62,811 bases of DNA, filler included, from Stramenopiles sp. TOSAG23-3 (GCA_900128585.1; 5 parts of 5 records of this genome joined end to end with filler, not necessarily neighbours in it); one strand, 5' to 3'; shown: positions 34,039 to 45,651, counted from the first letter of the whole stretch. Numbers and translations are program-made. Notes: generated from the letters alone by a model not told the origin.

Positions 34039-34729
34039 GATTAGTGGTGGTGTTTACTTGATTGCGTGAAATGTACGATGTGTTGATATCAGCGTTTGTT
34101 AAAAAACAATGGTTGTTTAATGTTGATGGAAATGAATAAGAATAGTTTGTTTTTCTTCGTTTTCTTTCTCTTTCGATTACGTATGTATCTTGAAGATTCC
34201 TACTTTAACCTGATATCTAAAAAGAAAGGAATGTGCGGCAGAAGAATGATGAAGAATGAATGTGTATAGTACATGCTGTGATGGTATTGTGATGATGTTG
34301 AAGATATTTACAAAGCAATGTCCCTCTGCTGTCGTATGCTGTGTCTATGTTCTCTTTTTTTAATTTTTATAAATATTAGATTTTAAACATTCTATGCTGT
34401 GTGTATGTATATATTTAAAGGATCGATATAACGTTGAGATTTTTTCTTTCTTTTTCTTTTTACTTTTTGGATATAATATAGAAATAGCATTGAAACAATG
34501 ACAAAAAATGGAGGCAAAATATTGACAGAGGGGAGGTGGTTTTATTGTATACTGTGTCTATGTATAGAAATGTACAAAATGATACAACTTCGATTTTGAA
34601 CTTTTTTTAAACGAATGTCTTAATGCTATTTCTATGTTATTTATGAAATTGGTTATCGCTTGTTGTTTTTTTTCTTTTTTCTTTTATATTTAGACTTCTG
34701 TGATGATGGCTCTATATTTTAAAACCAAA

Positions 34730-34763
34730 AGAAGAAGAAGAAGAAGAAGAAGAAGAAGAAGAA
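34730..34763. repeat. (GAA)n microsatellite
   Basis: Directly visible. Confidence 0.9.
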
Positions 34764-35733
34764 AAGGTTCTTCTAATTAAAACATCAATGAGAGGATTCA
34801 TTTTAATTTTAATTGTAGTTCAACTATACGTACGCGTAGGGATGGGAAAAAAAATGGGAACTTCTTCTCCATTCTTCTTCTTTTAATTCTTCTTCTTTTT
34901 CTTCTTCTTCTTTTATAATTCTTCTTCTTTTTATTTCTTCTTCTTTTGTGGAGGTAATGAAGAATGGGGGCAGCAAAATGCAATCACAGAAGAAAGAAAA
35001 AGAAATGTAATTTTTTTAATTTTTCTTTTCTTTTTTTCTTTTCTTTTTTTTTTTCTTTTCTTTTTTGCGTCCGGTTGAAGAAATGAAGAATTTATTTTGA
35101 TAATATAAATATTATATAGGAATAATTTAAATATTAGTATTATATTAATGTATAGTAAAATAAATTAGATTATATGATATTATAGGAAAAGTAGAGGATT
35201 GATGATTTTAATATACCTATATTATTTTGTAGTTTAATATTTGTACTTGTTTATTGGTTTTTAAATGTTCATCTTTTGAAGTTGTCGTTCTTCTTTGTTG
35301 CAGTGTGTTTTTTTTCTTCTTCTTTTTTATTTTGTTCTTCTTCTTTCTTTGCCACCAAAAACTAGAAGAGGAACGTAGCATTGTACTTCCTCGCTTTTTC
35401 TTCTTCTTTCTTCTTCTTCTTCTTCTTCTTCTCATCGTTTTTTGAAAGAACCTACCTGGACTATGAATACCAATACACATTGAATTGGCCCGCCATTACC
35501 ATTTCGTCTGCCACAACAACAACAACAACGACGAATTAACCACCAAACGTTTCACGATAAAGCTAGCCCGCAATCTGCCACCCTACAGAGACCATTCTTT
35601 CCCAGCACTTCCAGACAGCAACAGAAAGCGCACGCCTCCGTCACCCCCGTCACCCCCGTCCAACTCGTCCTTTTTTCAAACCAGGCCCTCGTTGCAGACC
35701 CGCCCAAACGCAGTTGAACGTCTCATAGAAACG

Positions 35734-37707
35734 ATGAGCGGGACCGTGGACCAGAAAGGGGTGGAAATCGAAATGCTGGCAACCTCCACCGAGGCCAAGA
35801 GCAAGAACTCCATCGATTACCTTATTCACAAGGCCGAAGTGAAGCGGGCCGTGTTTACCCTGTTCCAGAAGCTGGACACGAACGCGAGCGGGTTTCTATC
35901 GACAAAGGAAGTGACTATTGGGTTTTTCTTGGCCGGCGTCCAGATCGAAGCCGGCTACCTCATGGAGTGCATTTTCAACGTCGGGGCGACCGAGGGAGTT
36001 ATGGCGCCAAGGCAATTTTACCACCTCTTGGAACGCTTGGGGAAGACCAAAGACCTAACGGCCCTGTCGAATTTTGCAGAGGCCCTGTCCAACAGCAAAC
36101 GAAGCGGCCACTTGAAGCGGAAAGTGACCGCGCTGGAGGCGCTGGCCCAGGACTCCCTGGAGAAAGCGTACGAGGAAGTCTCCGACCAAAAGAGGAAAAG
36201 CGAGCGGCTAAGCAGCAGTGGTAACCCGGAAGACTCGGACGACATGTTTGTGGAGAATGTTGTTTGGTACAAAAAGTGTTGGAACACGTTCATGACCGGC
36301 AAGGCCTTTTACATCACCACGGTCGTCCTCTGGATCCTTGCCCACGCCGTGCTCATGACGGCCATGAACGGGTGGGCGATTGGGCGGGCGTTTTACTACT
36401 CGATACAGAGCGGGCTGTCGGTTGGATATGGGTCCCTGAGCGAAGACAAGGTCTCCGGGACGGACCTGTGGGGCGTCTGCGGCGAGGGCAACATTACCGA
36501 GGTCCTCACGAAAGCGTACGAGAAGTTTCCGGACGGGGCTTTGCCCACGGGTGCCGGGGGAACGCTGTGCCTGGGCTACTCCGAGCCCAACAAGTACTCG
36601 GAAATCTCAAAGCTGTACACCGTCATTCACCTGTACCTCGGCGCGTCCATCATTTCCGGCGTTCTCGGGCTGTTCGCGACCATGGCAGTAGAGCAGAGCG
36701 AGACGTGGTACGACGAGGTCGAGGCGAACGCCCAGGCGGACAGGCAAACGGCCGGGCAGGCCAGGGAAACGAGCTTCCTCAAAAAGGTCCTGAACGTCTA
36801 CAACGGGCCGCACGGGTCTACCATTCGCGCCGCGCTGGCACTGTTTTTGTGGCTAACGATAGGCGTGCTCTACGGCGTGCTGAAAGAGAAATGGACGTTT
36901 GTCTCGAGCCTGTACTTTGCGAGCGCGGCGTGCTCCACGGGAGGGTTGCAGGGGCCGACCCCGGACGAAGCGGGGGTATGGTTCACGGCAGCGTTCACCA
37001 TCATCGGCGTCCCGCTGTACGGTTACACCCTGGGCCAGTTTGCGAACGGCCTGAGCGAGTCGTACGTGAAGCGAAAGAAGAAAGAGACCATGACGGCGGC
37101 GATATCGGCGGCAGAGTTCAACGTCGCCTCTCATCTGCGAAAAGGGACGAACGACGGGAACATCGACCTGTTCAGTTTCACTCTCTTGCAGCTGTACAGG
37201 CTCCGAAAGACCGACGAGCAAGAGATTCAAGAGATATGGAACGATTTCGAAGACCTGGACGCGGACAAGAACGGGCAGTTCAGCCGATCGGAAATGCAGG
37301 CCTCCATCGCGTTTGCAAGGTTAGACACCGACCAGTCCTACAATTTAAACTTGAACGAAATGTTAGAGCTGGTGAAATGCCTCCAGGCTGAACCGTGCTG
37401 CCAGTACCCAGAAATATTCATGATCGACCCCGACGTGCACTACACGGTCAAGAACATCAAGGAAGCCATGAAGCGCTACAACGACGACACTGAGATCGGC
37501 GACGACCCTTTGATCTTGATGGAACGCGGGGAATTCATGAAATTTTGGGGGGAAGAGTTTCAAAAGTACCGGGAAAAGGCTCGCGTGACCTACTCGCATC
37601 ACATGGTGGAGTTGTCCGTGCTTTTGAAACGGTGCGAAGCAGAGGGCGAGAAAGGCAGCCCTGGCAAGAAAGAGGGGACACCGGAGGCAACCACTGGTAG
37701 TAAATAG
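35734..37707 (+). CDS. EF-hand two-pore potassium-channel-like protein with degenerate second filter
   Basis: N-terminal EF-hand DTNASGFLSTKE; P1 LSVGYG; P2 CSTGGLQG; C-terminal EF-hands DADKNGQFSRSE and DTDQSYNLNLNE; ATG 35734. Confidence 0.85.
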   Translation: MSGTVDQKGVEIEMLATSTEAKSKNSIDYLIHKAEVKRAVFTLFQKLDTNASGFLSTKEVTIGFFLAGVQIEAGYLMECIFNVGATEGVMAPRQFYHLLERLGKTKDLTALSNFAEALSNSKRSGHLKRKVTALEALAQDSLEKAYEEVSDQKRKSERLSSSGNPEDSDDMFVENVVWYKKCWNTFMTGKAFYITTVVLWILAHAVLMTAMNGWAIGRAFYYSIQSGLSVGYGSLSEDKVSGTDLWGVCGEGNITEVLTKAYEKFPDGALPTGAGGTLCLGYSEPNKYSEISKLYTVIHLYLGASIISGVLGLFATMAVEQSETWYDEVEANAQADRQTAGQARETSFLKKVLNVYNGPHGSTIRAALALFLWLTIGVLYGVLKEKWTFVSSLYFASAACSTGGLQGPTPDEAGVWFTAAFTIIGVPLYGYTLGQFANGLSESYVKRKKKETMTAAISAAEFNVASHLRKGTNDGNIDLFSFTLLQLYRLRKTDEQEIQEIWNDFEDLDADKNGQFSRSEMQASIAFARLDTDQSYNLNLNEMLELVKCLQAEPCCQYPEIFMIDPDVHYTVKNIKEAMKRYNDDTEIGDDPLILMERGEFMKFWGEEFQKYREKARVTYSHHMVELSVLLKRCEAEGEKGSPGKKEGTPEATTGSK

Positions 37708-37920
37708 AGAACGCTCCGAAGGGTGTAATCTTGGGAATAAATTCAATTTTTTCCGACGACCTGTAAAATTTAAAACCCTAACATTTCGTATAATGAATGA
37801 CCTCTTACACCTCGCTGAGATAGATGTTCTTTGTCTTAATTTTGAACTCCCTCAGATCACGCGTGACGTTTCTACAACGGCACGTGCGACCCGTTTGTTC
37901 TTTTTACAGCACTTTTCAGC

Positions 37921-40788
37921 TTACTTGTCGTACAAGTACTTTCGCTCGCACGCGTTCACTTTCTTGGCAAACCTCAAGGAGCACAACGATTCTCCAGTAC
38001 TGAAGGTCTGCGGGGAGAGGTTGCAGAACATGAGCGCTTTGCAATCCCCGCCCAGGGAGCGTTGCAGCAAGTACGTCAGTTTGGAGTCGCGGAACGGAAC
38101 GTGGCCGTTCTGGCTGGCTACTGCGGAGATTACGTTGCCCAGCGTGGACAAACTTTTGTTGATGTTCTGGGCTTCCTTCAACAGTTTTGGGTCTTTGGCG
38201 CTCCCGCTCTGGCTGAGGCGCTCGGACCCTGCCAAATCGACAAGGTTCAACTTTCCAACACGGCGCTTCCCTTCTTTCGAGTCGAAGCCGTTGATTTTCA
38301 TCGAGAAAACGGTGTGACTACGACTGGACTGCGCGTTGCAGTGGGTTGCGGCAGTTTGGCGGATCTGGCCTGCTTTTCTCAGCAACTTCAAGATCTCTCC
38401 GGCGTTGGTGACGGTGTGCTCGCTCAAACCGTCGACGACGGTGTCCGCTTCTTCGCCGTCAGCTGGTTTCAGGTGGTGGTGAATTTCAAGGGACGCCTTC
38501 GAGTTGGGGTTCAGCAGGTCGCGCAATTTTTCATTGTATATTTCTACCATGCTGACGCTGACGGAGAACGTCCACCCTTGCGTCTCAAGCTTTTCGCAGT
38601 ACTCAAAAATGTGCGATGCCGCACGGGGGATGATGCCGCGGTCGTCGCCGTGCAGGGGACCGTGCATCGTGTGCGTTTTTCCGGACCCCGTCTGCCCGTA
38701 CGCAAAAATGCACACCCGGTACCCGTCTGCCGCACTCTGCACCATGTTGCCCACCTCATTGTAAACCTCTTCCTGCTTTTCCCGCGGGGTAAAGACACGG
38801 TCAAAGACGAACTTGGACGGTTTGTTCGACGCTCGCGTGACGCCGTCGTACTTCAGCCCGCCTTCTGCCACGTGGATAATGCTTCGCTGCTCTATGTTCG
38901 TGTCCGGAAAGCGGAAGACTTTGTGCTTGTTGCCGGTCTTTTCGTTTTCCAGAAACGGGCGCACGCGGCAGTACACTCGGATGTTTCCTTTCAGCTCCAT
39001 GACCTGGTTGTGCAGCTTGCGACGAAGGGTTTCGTCCGATCGGGCCTTGCCATGGTAGTAAGATATTTGGGACTCCCACGTCTTGGCGTTTGCGGTCGCC
39101 TTTTCGCACTCCTGAAGCGCTCCGGTGACCTGCGTCCTCCACGATTCGGCGTTCGTGCGGGTCTTCTGAAGATCCTTCTGAAGGGTTTCGTTCTCGTCGC
39201 ACGCGGCGGCGTAGCTGTCGTTCAGCTGCATGAATTCCATCTCCTTCTTGGACATCATCTCTTTGATGGCCTTCAGCTCTGCCTCTGCTTTTTCTGCGCG
39301 GTCCTTCTCTTCCTTTAGCTGCGCAACGCTTTGGTTTGTGCGCGACCGCATGACTTGAACCATTTTCTGGACTTCTTTGGACGCCTCGAGCTGGGAGTTC
39401 ATTTGCTCGGACATTTGCTGAATCTTAGCCTGGCACCCTTCCGACTCCGTTTTCCATTTCAACCCTTCGGCTTTGCAGGTGTCGAAGCGCTTGGACAGAT
39501 CGTCGAACTGGTCGACCTTTTCGTTTGCAGCGCCCAGCTTTTCTTCAAGCAGGCACGCCGATTTGATGTACCCCTCCAATAATTTCTTTTGCGTTTCGAC
39601 GGTCTCCTTCGCCTGGTCAAACTCCGCTTTCATGGTCTCGTACTCTGCTTTGATTTCTTGAAACTCGCCGGCCACCTCCTTCATTCGTGCTTCCGCATGG
39701 TCCCGCTCGGTCGTCATCGCGGCCAGCAACGCATCTTTCTCGTCGCCTTCCTCTGCTTTGTTTGCCGTGTCTTTCATTTGAGCCAACAAGCTTGCCTTTT
39801 GCTTTTGCGCAAGGTCCAGCTTTCTCTGCAGGTCCAGTTTGTCATTGTCGGATTTTTCCAAGCGGATGGACAGTTCCTTCTGCTTCAAGGAGTTGGACTC
39901 CACCTTTGTGGTCAGCTTCGACATTGCCTTTTCCATAATGTTTGCAGAGTGTTGCGCGCTGCGAAACATGTTTTGCGTGTCTTCCAACTCTTGCAAGGTC
40001 TGCTCGTGCCTGCTCTTGATGTTGGACAGCTCGTTCTTGAGGGTGCCGATGACGCTCTCGTGCCGGGTGACTTCGTCGTGGGCAATCTTTGACGACTTGA
40101 GGGCATCGTCCAGTTCCGTAAGCTTGACTTTGGAAGTTGCCAGCTCGTCTTCTTTGTCGTCGCAGGACTTTTCCAACGCTTTGCACATTCCCTCCAGCGC
40201 GGCCATTCGCTCGGCGGCCTCCTTCAGTTGGGTCTGAAGGTTGTTCACCTCTTCGGAGTCCTTGTCGTTTTCGGTGGCGGGCGACGCCACGGTGGACAGG
40301 TCTTCGAACCGTATCGAGGACGACTCGTCCACGGTGTCCTCCGGCTCGGTCTCTTGGTCTTCGGACGTATCGAACGATGCGTGGTCCGACGGTTTTCCAT
40401 TCCCTGGAGAAAACGCCATGACGAACATCCCGCCTTTTTTTCGCTTCATGTGGGAAATCGCGGCGTTCTCAACGTACCCGAATGGCTTCTTCGAGAGGTC
40501 GATCTTGGACTTGATCAGGGACCGTTTGGAGCGCGACAGGGACTGGTCCAAGTTGGCAATGCCGCTGGAGGGCGGCGGCGGCATGCTGGTGCTAACGCTC
40601 AACTGCGGTGCCTTTGGCGCTTCCTTGGTCGCGGCCTGCTCTTTTTTAAATTTTTTCCACCGCGCGAGCCTGTCCCCCCGGGTCTCGTTATGCACCTCTT
40701 CGAATTTTGGCAAATTCTTACGTTTGTGCACGTTCGCGCGACTTCGCCTGTTCTCGTCCGCCCCGCCTGTAATAAAACCTCCAATCAT
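37921..40788 (-). CDS. Kinesin-14 (C-terminal motor, KIFC1/Kar3-type)
   Basis: Coiled-coil stalk, neck RRKLHNQVMELKGNIRVYCRVRP, GQTGSGKT, SSRSH, LVDLAGSE, HVPFRDSKLT. Confidence 0.96.
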   Translation of the reverse strand: MIGGFITGGADENRRSRANVHKRKNLPKFEEVHNETRGDRLARWKKFKKEQAATKEAPKAPQLSVSTSMPPPPSSGIANLDQSLSRSKRSLIKSKIDLSKKPFGYVENAAISHMKRKKGGMFVMAFSPGNGKPSDHASFDTSEDQETEPEDTVDESSSIRFEDLSTVASPATENDKDSEEVNNLQTQLKEAAERMAALEGMCKALEKSCDDKEDELATSKVKLTELDDALKSSKIAHDEVTRHESVIGTLKNELSNIKSRHEQTLQELEDTQNMFRSAQHSANIMEKAMSKLTTKVESNSLKQKELSIRLEKSDNDKLDLQRKLDLAQKQKASLLAQMKDTANKAEEGDEKDALLAAMTTERDHAEARMKEVAGEFQEIKAEYETMKAEFDQAKETVETQKKLLEGYIKSACLLEEKLGAANEKVDQFDDLSKRFDTCKAEGLKWKTESEGCQAKIQQMSEQMNSQLEASKEVQKMVQVMRSRTNQSVAQLKEEKDRAEKAEAELKAIKEMMSKKEMEFMQLNDSYAAACDENETLQKDLQKTRTNAESWRTQVTGALQECEKATANAKTWESQISYYHGKARSDETLRRKLHNQVMELKGNIRVYCRVRPFLENEKTGNKHKVFRFPDTNIEQRSIIHVAEGGLKYDGVTRASNKPSKFVFDRVFTPREKQEEVYNEVGNMVQSAADGYRVCIFAYGQTGSGKTHTMHGPLHGDDRGIIPRAASHIFEYCEKLETQGWTFSVSVSMVEIYNEKLRDLLNPNSKASLEIHHHLKPADGEEADTVVDGLSEHTVTNAGEILKLLRKAGQIRQTAATHCNAQSSRSHTVFSMKINGFDSKEGKRRVGKLNLVDLAGSERLSQSGSAKDPKLLKEAQNINKSLSTLGNVISAVASQNGHVPFRDSKLTYLLQRSLGGDCKALMFCNLSPQTFSTGESLCSLRFAKKVNACERKYLYDK

Positions 40789-41908
40789 GGTGTTGTTATT
40801 CTTGTCGTTGTTGGTACGATTGTTTCCGTTTACTTACTGTCTCTTCAAAGCAGTGGTGAAAAGTATAAACTAAACGTTATGAATGAATGATGGATGGGTG
40901 GGTTTGTGTTAAACACAAAAGAAAAGTTTACTTCTTTCGGTGTGTGTTGTATTCAATATGTTCTATATTGAAGAAACGTTTTTTCCTTTTCTTTTTCTTT
41001 CAGCGCCCTTTTATCAAAGGAAGCAAAATGCAGAAAATGGAAAAAAGAAGAAGAATCTTTTAATAAATAAAATAACATAAGAATAGCATAGGATTAATAA
41101 TTAAAGAAGGAAGAATGGGTTAAAGAATAAAATAAAGTGTATGGTATGCAATGTATTAGGGAATTAGAAATATACTTAGGAATATACCTATATATACTAT
41201 ACAAGTTACTTATACTTATAAATACTAACTAACAATGCATCCTTTCATCTTTTCAATTTAAAGTGGATTGTATTCTTATGTAATGATAATATAATACATA
41301 GCAATAGCATACAACGTTCATTTGGAAGGATGATTCTGGAAGAAAGGAAGGATTGGAATTGTATAGTTGTATTTGTTGATTTGTACTGTATTGATAGGAG
41401 AATTGGAGTCCGTTTGAGTTGGATGAAGAAAGAAAGGAAGCATTGATAGGAATATGTATGTTGTGTATATGTATTTGTATTAATAGGTTAATAGTATGGA
41501 AATTGACGAATGGCCCGACGGTTAGAATTCATGGGTTTGTGTCTATGTTAAATAAGAAAAATAGGTTTTTTAATTTTTTTGTTTTATTATTTTTATTAAC
41601 ATCAAGATAGGATAGAATTAAAATGGAATTAAAATGAAAATAGAATTTAGAAAAGGAATTGGTGAATTGTTTCTGTGGGAAATTGGGATTGAAGGGATTG
41701 GTTTAAGTGTTTAATGGGATTGAATTTAATGATTGTGAGAAGAAGTTGGGAAGGGTTTGAGATTTAGTTCAACGTTGAATTGGGATTGGAAGAATTTTTA
41801 GTGTTTGGTGGGGTTTGAGAATATTTTAGCAAGGAATACTTAGTGTGCTTTGGGTCGGACGTTAACTTGCAATATACGGCTTGCCTTCCTTCCCCTTTTT
41901 TGAATAGA

Positions 41909-43522
41909 ATGAATAACTCGGAGAATATTGTACCGTCCGTTGCGAACATTCAACAGGACAATGTATATACAAAGGAACGGAAAGAATTGGCTGCAAAGAA
42001 TGAGACCGTTTTGAAGCAAACGAATGCAACTGCTACTACCGCTAACATCGGTAGTAATCGAAGTCCCGCCTCGTCCATAGACTATACTGCCGCTCTGAAT
42101 TTTGGAGTTTTTGAAGACGCACGGGCAGAGTTCAGCGTGGAGAAGATTAGGGAACAGAACATTTTTACCAACCATGCCGAGGAGAGCCCCGAAACCCTCG
42201 CATCGTTTACCCAGACAACCCAAAACCTCGACGACGACAAAGTGTATGCGAAATTAGAAAAGGCCTTCCGAATAGAATGTTTGCACGCAAACATGAAAAA
42301 GCATATTAAACGTCAGGAACGGGAAATGATCAAGCTCAGGGGGCAGCTCATAAAGCTGCGCACTCGCGACGCAATCATGCAGACGAAAATGAACGATACG
42401 AACGAGCAGTTGCAGTCGCAAACGATGCGGTACAACGACTTATGCCAAGAGATTCAACAGGTCGTTTCGATGGCGGCATGCGTCAGTGTGGTGCCTACCA
42501 ACCAACCATTTCTATCGCCGCAGCGGACGACGCGGTACAGTTTTTCTGCGACCATGGAGGGTGCATCAACGCCAAAGTTGCCCATGCTGCCGCACCACGA
42601 CGATTCGTTCGACAGCCCGGTGAAAAGTCGACGGTCGGACAGCGAAGAAGACGACAGCGTCGTTTCGCCGGTCAAAAAGTCCACGACGACAAGCGCCATT
42701 TCTATCCCAACAAGAAAGTACGGGATGGACTCTCCCGACGTACCCCTGACGCCGAGCGTGAGGATTGTGGGAGGAATGAAAATTAAGAAGGAAGACGCTT
42801 CGGATTTGAGCATGCCGCCGCCGCCGTTGCCGAACCAGCGGGTACGGTTTGCAGCGTCAGCAACGAATTATGAGGCGGAGAGCTACGGTGGGTTTTCCTA
42901 CGTAGACGCTATGAGGATGTTGATGTCGCCGAATACGATTCCCGAGCAATCGTTCGTTCAGAAAACGATCCACGCGTACGGGACCACCCCGCTGACGAAC
43001 GAGCAGAACGATTTTAAAACGATTATCGCAAAGGCAGAGGTGAACAACATGAACAAGAAGATTAGTGTCATCAAGAAAATGTACCAGCAAGAGAACAGCG
43101 AGTTGAAGCGACGCATGGAAGTGTTGGAAAGCCATTTGAGCGATAAAGATTCGGAAGTGCTGCGGTTGAAGCAGGAGTTGGCACAAGCCCGGGAAATGAT
43201 TCGGGAGCAGGACCGTGTGTTGAAGAGTACCAAGACGGTTATGAGCGCTTTCAGTTACGATGGGAGCACGAGCAGTGGCACGGAGGAGGGTACCCCGCAG
43301 ACGAGAATGCGCGGGGGGAGTGGAAGTTCTGGTGTTTTTCCACGTCAGAGAAGGTTCTCTGGGAAAAGAGCTGGGCCGTTGCCAGCAAGTGGTGGAAACA
43401 AAGTTACGGGACCACGTGCAGAGGTCAGCAGCAGCGTGAGCCCGGCGAATACGAGCGCTTCGAATATTTTGGGCCGCCGGAGGAACAGGCGGTCGTTCTA
43501 CTCGAAGATTGGGGTATTGTAA
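41909..43522 (+). CDS. Coiled-coil / Ser-Pro-rich protein, unknown function
   Basis: Long ORF with two heptad regions and many S/TP sites; first ATG 41909. Confidence 0.75.
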   Translation: MNNSENIVPSVANIQQDNVYTKERKELAAKNETVLKQTNATATTANIGSNRSPASSIDYTAALNFGVFEDARAEFSVEKIREQNIFTNHAEESPETLASFTQTTQNLDDDKVYAKLEKAFRIECLHANMKKHIKRQEREMIKLRGQLIKLRTRDAIMQTKMNDTNEQLQSQTMRYNDLCQEIQQVVSMAACVSVVPTNQPFLSPQRTTRYSFSATMEGASTPKLPMLPHHDDSFDSPVKSRRSDSEEDDSVVSPVKKSTTTSAISIPTRKYGMDSPDVPLTPSVRIVGGMKIKKEDASDLSMPPPPLPNQRVRFAASATNYEAESYGGFSYVDAMRMLMSPNTIPEQSFVQKTIHAYGTTPLTNEQNDFKTIIAKAEVNNMNKKISVIKKMYQQENSELKRRMEVLESHLSDKDSEVLRLKQELAQAREMIREQDRVLKSTKTVMSAFSYDGSTSSGTEEGTPQTRMRGGSGSSGVFPRQRRFSGKRAGPLPASGGNKVTGPRAEVSSSVSPANTSASNILGRRRNRRSFYSKIGVL

Positions 43523-43620
43523 GAGGAAAATGAATGGTGAGTAATGATAACTAACGTATTAGGCACAATTTTTTATTACTTTTAAGGAATTAGTGAGATG
43601 GCGACGCGCTGAGTGAGTCT

Positions 43621-45348
43621 CTAAAAGAAAACATCTGTCAAGGGATCGACTCGTGGTGTGTTACGATATGGAGCGGATCGTGGAATGTTGAAAACATTGA
43701 AATTACCATTTTGGTCTGTCGCCCCAATAGCATTCCCGTGGGAAAATGGGATAAGATCTCCGTCTAGCTCAGTGCTAGACTGTGACACATTTGTCACCAC
43801 ATCATTACTGCTGCACATTAGTTGTGTATGATCAGCTTGAACGACTCCATCCCAGACTGAAAACCCGGGGTTCCCAAATACTATGTACCGGGATCGTCGT
43901 GAGTCTAATTTTGAAACGCAGATGTTGCCGACAGCGTCCATGTGGCGGTCAGATTTGTCGCACATAAACTCTGCTTCGTACCCTTTCCGAACCATTCTCA
44001 ACTCGACAAACTCCATGCTTGCATCCTGCGGCCTGACTTTTTCATAACCGCAAACCACTTTATTGGGCCCATCGTATGCGTGGGTAAACATCCCAGATCG
44101 AAGAGAATTGTATGTAAGCACCACTTTATTCGTCCTCACATCGTACAATTTCAAGTTTCCGGAATCCTCCGTGAAGCTCACCACATTTTCCCTCTCCTTG
44201 TGAGAGCACACGCTTCCCACAACTTCATTTTTCCCGTTGTATTTTGACATTTGCGTTTTCATCCCGCTTGCCCTAATTTTCGACACGACCATTGTCCCAT
44301 CGAACCCGCCACTGGCTATCATCAAATTAGCCTTTCGGTTGTTTGTTTTCCCCGAGACAACATGGATTGCCCGGATGTCATCCGTGTGAATGTCGTTGTA
44401 CTTGAACAGATCTATTTCGGCATTGTTCAGAGGCGAAAGCGAGCTCCCTCGGTGGTTCCCAATGTACGCATCCAAGGGTACCAGAGACAATGTTTTTCCA
44501 GACGCTATTGCAACGCTCGTCATACTCGTCCACTTCATGTCTCGTACCGCACCGGGGACAGGGAAGACATTGCTGACGTAGCACGAGTATTTATTTGTGT
44601 CTGGGTGAAACTGTGGAATTTCGCTGAAAATCCCTTTGTCCGTCGAGTGCGGGCTTCCAGTAGTATTTATCAGACGGGAAACGATGGCGTAGTACCCTTC
44701 GTCCGTTGACGACGATCCTCTTGTCAAGTTAACTGGCTGCTGCGTTCCACACACAAACAGCCCGTTCTCTTCAAATATTGGCTTTGACAACGGAACATGA
44801 TAGCCTAGCGCTTCCTGCGACAAGGGCGCAGTCTGCGTCGGTGTGATACCAATCGCTGCGTGCTCCTGCGGCCCTCGGTAACTTGACGACATCATTTTCT
44901 CGTCCACGGAAAGCATCTCCAGACTGTTCTTTCGCACTTTTCCATCATCAATTGTAGGAAGTTCATTTTTCACATGGCCGTCGTTTTCTTTGTCAAAGAA
45001 ATCGTTGTACCCAAGCGGAAAGTTCGTGTCGTCGTCGCTGTCACTGAACAAGAGACCAGCGTAGGAGTGTACATCGTCTTGGCCGTCGAACGTCGGGTCG
45101 ACCGCTCCCAAATATTGCTCCATTAGGTCTTTGGAACTTCTTCGTCGTTCCAAGACCTGTTTCTCCATTCCATTTACATCACTCGGACCAGCAGCCAAAT
45201 CTTTCTCGTTAAAACTAAGCAAAGGCGTACTTTCCCCCAGAGCATCGCTTGCGAGGAACGTGGTCGGGAGTATGACCTCGGTAGACAATGAGCATGGCGA
45301 TCGACTGCCTTGCCGTGCCGTAAAATCTTTATCGTTTAGAAAATTCAT
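43621..45348 (-). CDS. WD40-repeat protein with acidic N-terminal region
   Basis: HTDDIRAI...IASGGFDGTM; SFTEDSGNLKLYDVR. Confidence 0.75.
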   Translation of the reverse strand: MNFLNDKDFTARQGSRSPCSLSTEVILPTTFLASDALGESTPLLSFNEKDLAAGPSDVNGMEKQVLERRRSSKDLMEQYLGAVDPTFDGQDDVHSYAGLLFSDSDDDTNFPLGYNDFFDKENDGHVKNELPTIDDGKVRKNSLEMLSVDEKMMSSSYRGPQEHAAIGITPTQTAPLSQEALGYHVPLSKPIFEENGLFVCGTQQPVNLTRGSSSTDEGYYAIVSRLINTTGSPHSTDKGIFSEIPQFHPDTNKYSCYVSNVFPVPGAVRDMKWTSMTSVAIASGKTLSLVPLDAYIGNHRGSSLSPLNNAEIDLFKYNDIHTDDIRAIHVVSGKTNNRKANLMIASGGFDGTMVVSKIRASGMKTQMSKYNGKNEVVGSVCSHKERENVVSFTEDSGNLKLYDVRTNKVVLTYNSLRSGMFTHAYDGPNKVVCGYEKVRPQDASMEFVELRMVRKGYEAEFMCDKSDRHMDAVGNICVSKLDSRRSRYIVFGNPGFSVWDGVVQADHTQLMCSSNDVVTNVSQSSTELDGDLIPFSHGNAIGATDQNGNFNVFNIPRSAPYRNTPRVDPLTDVFF

Positions 45349-45651
45349 GTATGTTCGTTTATAATGTACAGATATATTGTATGTATTTTGTTGAATAAAT
45401 ACGTTGCATTATCATTCTTATCTTACACTTTCTTTTCTTACTTCTTTCCTTTCTTAAACTCTTCCGTACGTGTAAACAAAGTCTCTTTCCCTCCTGTTGT
45501 AACCAGAGTTAAAAAGTACTGCAAGAAAAGAAAAAAGAAGAACCAAAATACATTAATATGAACACACCATAGCGTTTTATTTTCCAAAACCTGATGGACG
45601 CGCAGTCTTCTATTGTTTCCTAAAATACATAAACACAGCATAGAATACCCA

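Noticed and set aside
38062-39318. 418-aa plus-strand ORF and many similar antisense ORFs (e.g. 23055-24341, 48507-49646, 15813-16856)
   Set aside because: Shadows of real GC-rich genes on the opposite strand; no motifs
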